Source: Amphiscolops sp. MND2022 (taxonomy: Eukaryota). Taken from it: a stretch of DNA of 64,000 nucleotides. The notes under the pieces were generated by a model that saw only the letters and a list, made by a program, of their open reading frames with translations, had not been told where the DNA came from and did not search any database. Within the stretch, counting starts at the first letter, position 1; each line of letters begins with the position of its first letter. The DNA lies in assembly GCA_964187785.1 (NCBI GenBank), contig OZ076409.1, positions 19,346,001 through 19,410,000 of the forward strand, read 5' to 3'. The translations under genes and the position numbers were made by a program. Shown here piece by piece: positions 61,611-64,000 of this stretch.

Positions 61611-63274
61611 TCTTGGGTCCTTGGGGTCAACTAAAAAAGTCCAGGATTCTCCACAAATACATATCGCACCAAGCTAAATTTATGTGAGTTGAATTCTATG
61701 GGTAACACTCATAAAGTTAAATTTAGTTTCGGTGAAATTAATTCTTGGCAAATGTTGTAAAAGAAACCCAAAAAAAAACGTTTGATTTAAATATTTTCCT
61801 TTCCCATATGAAATATGGGCGGAAAATATTTTAAAAAAGTCTTTGAACACCAAACTCTCATTGAGGAAAAATTTGATCAAAGACGTGAAAGCTTTCAAAA
61901 AATTGAGGAAACTGTTTGATAGTTCTTGATTCAGTTTCAACCTTTTCGGCTCGATAAAAAACAAAATTAGAACTATTTTGGATGAAGAAAAAGCAGCAGT
62001 TTTTGGAATACAATGCGGCGAAAAAACTACATAACTTCATATATAAGAAACACTGCAAACACCGTTATAGCCAAGACAAAAGCAAGATTTCTAGATCTTT
62101 GTCAGAATAGCTATGCGAACAATTAACGACACATTGAAAAAGCTGCGTTTGGCTCTAGTTGTGTAACTCCTGGGGTGGCAACACACGGCAACCCACCAGT
62201 GGCCACCGGGTTCCACATCATATTCATACCGGCCACCAGTCACTGCCGCAGCCATGAGACATTTTTGGTGGTTTTGATTGGACTACAGGTGGGCTGCAAC
62301 GGAACGATTCAAAGTTTAACTTTTAAAACCGTGCTTCAAACGAGCATTCTTTCGTTCGACAGTCCGGTGTTCTACCCCTCAGCTATCTGCGCTTCTAATT
62401 GATTGTTTTGGATGAGCAACGTTTGCTCTGCAACACTGCGTTGGACAAGAGGTGCCAAAAAGTCTCCTCAATTCTGCCCTGCCAGTGGGTTATTTGGGTT
62501 TCTCAAAACAACAACAATGAACTAGTCGTAGATTGTAGATCAAAAACGATCGGGAGAATTTTTCAAAACTGAACGTCTTCTGGATTCAAAACTCAATTAT
62601 CTAAACTGACGATAGAAAAGACAGCAGGCGCAGTGGAACTGCGATGTTTTTTGTATGCTGTTCAACAGAATCGTTCCGAAAATGACAAAAAACCGTAAAT
62701 CAAAGTTTTTCGAGAAATTTTTGTTCGGGAAAATTCGCACCTTGCCAAAATTTTTCAAAAATATGACTAGTTTTCTATCGAACCTGTAGTGGAAAAGAAG
62801 TCCACATGTATTGAAAAAACTTTCACCAGTCCCACAGGACCAGCAACTAACCAAAAAAGTTACCCTAGGTGGCCCTCTATACTCGCAAAAAAACTTGGTT
62901 TCTGCTAAAAATCATCGGCGGATATTTCGGTTTAAAACACTTCAGAAGAAAAATACATATAGTGGCGAAAGACCCAATAACCCAAAGGGGGCCCTTTGAA
63001 AAGTTTCTTCTCAAAAAATTTTTCTATGTGTCGAGCAACGCTGCAAAACCATAGTAGGGCCTTGTATGCTGGCAAAACCATTTTTTCTGCCAGAAAACTT
63101 GTTCCTGCTGCTTTTTGGCACATTGCAAATGTTTTCTGAATTCTTAAAACCAGCGGTTCTAGTATCAATTGGAAACTGCAATGGAAAATATCCACGACTG
63201 AAATAAAGATTTTTTGTGACTTAATGAAACGAGAACATCGAATTGCTAGCCAAAGATAATTCGTCGATTCCACA

Positions 63275-63627
63275 TACACCGAATAAACTCACACCCCATG
63301 TCTAAGTCAGGGGAAAGTAATTTGCAGCTTCCACCAGCGCGCGCTTCCAGCATCTATAGGCAAAAACTATAGGCAAAAAATTACCGTTCAAAACTGTGAT
63401 TTTTTGTTTCTCAATGAAATGGAATATTACAGTAAAACAAATTAGCTTTAGTGTTGGCAGAGCTTCTCTCCAAGTTTCCGTTGGGCATAAATTGAATTAC
63501 AACTTTAACTTGCATTTTTTTAACTTTAATTTTTTGCCTATAGTTTTTGCCTATAGATGCTGAAAGCGCTGGTGGAAGCTGCAAATTACTTTCCGCCTGA
63601 CTTAGACATGGTGTGTGAGTTTATTTG
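63275..63627. mobile_element. MITE with ~100-bp TIRs
   Basis: AATAAACTCACAC..CATGTCTAAGTCAGG...CTATAGGCAAAAAATTA and its reverse complement at ~63527-63626; TA on both sides. Confidence 0.85.
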
Positions 63628-64000
63628 TACAAAAATGAAGCGAGTGTTGTATTTCTAACTAGGTCTGGATAAAATAAGGTTTTCTAAGAGAATATCTTTT
63701 CTGTATCAAAGTATAAACTATTCAACAGTATCTCTATAACATAAATGGATGTAACAGTTTTACATCTTATGTTTGTAAACAGCAGACTGGTGTGTCTGCT
63801 ACCGAAGTTCGGTTGAGGTCATCGTCTTTTTGATTGACGGATGAACCGTATAACATTTCACCTTCTCTCTCTGGGGTTTTTCAGGGGCTTGAAGATGTGC
63901 CGGGTAGCGTCATGTTCTCCGGCAAGAAGTCTTGCAGCTTTTGTGCAGTTCCCGGTATTGGTTTGGGTGTGCCCTTTGTTCGGGTCCAGCTTTGGCCTGT

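Noticed and set aside
63855..64000. GC-richer minus-strand stretch that could be an exon
   Set aside because: Cut by the window edge, weak donor, no recognisable motif.

Overview
AT-rich eukaryotic (probably invertebrate animal) DNA dominated by transposon debris, with a 200-N assembly gap at 14940-15139. No CRISPR array or prokaryotic operon is present. The flanks (1-14.9 kb, 47.4-64 kb) carry Helentron/HINE-like repeats, a young 5'-truncated CR1/L2-type LINE with an intact RT frame (12176-13841), an older copy of it, a probable LTR-gag remnant, MITEs and a ~185-bp satellite. The central ~32 kb (15.1-47.4 kb) has its own repeat families: hAT-, Merlin- and Tc1/mariner-like MITEs with target-site duplications (TSDs), long palindromes and tRNA-like sequences. 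It also holds several very small genes: two paralogous intronless variant-RING ORFs, a spliced RING-only gene, a spliced C2H2 zinc-finger gene, a PP1-docking-motif ORF and orphan ORFs. The main finding is that each intronless RING paralogue is followed on the same strand by a conserved sequence that folds by hand as an HDV/CPEB3-like self-cleaving ribozyme (27625-27703 +, 39896-39973 -). After removing an independent MITE from each locus, the ribozyme starts only ~45-60 nt after the stop codon. All calls are by eye without database searches, and ends of degenerate repeats are approximate.
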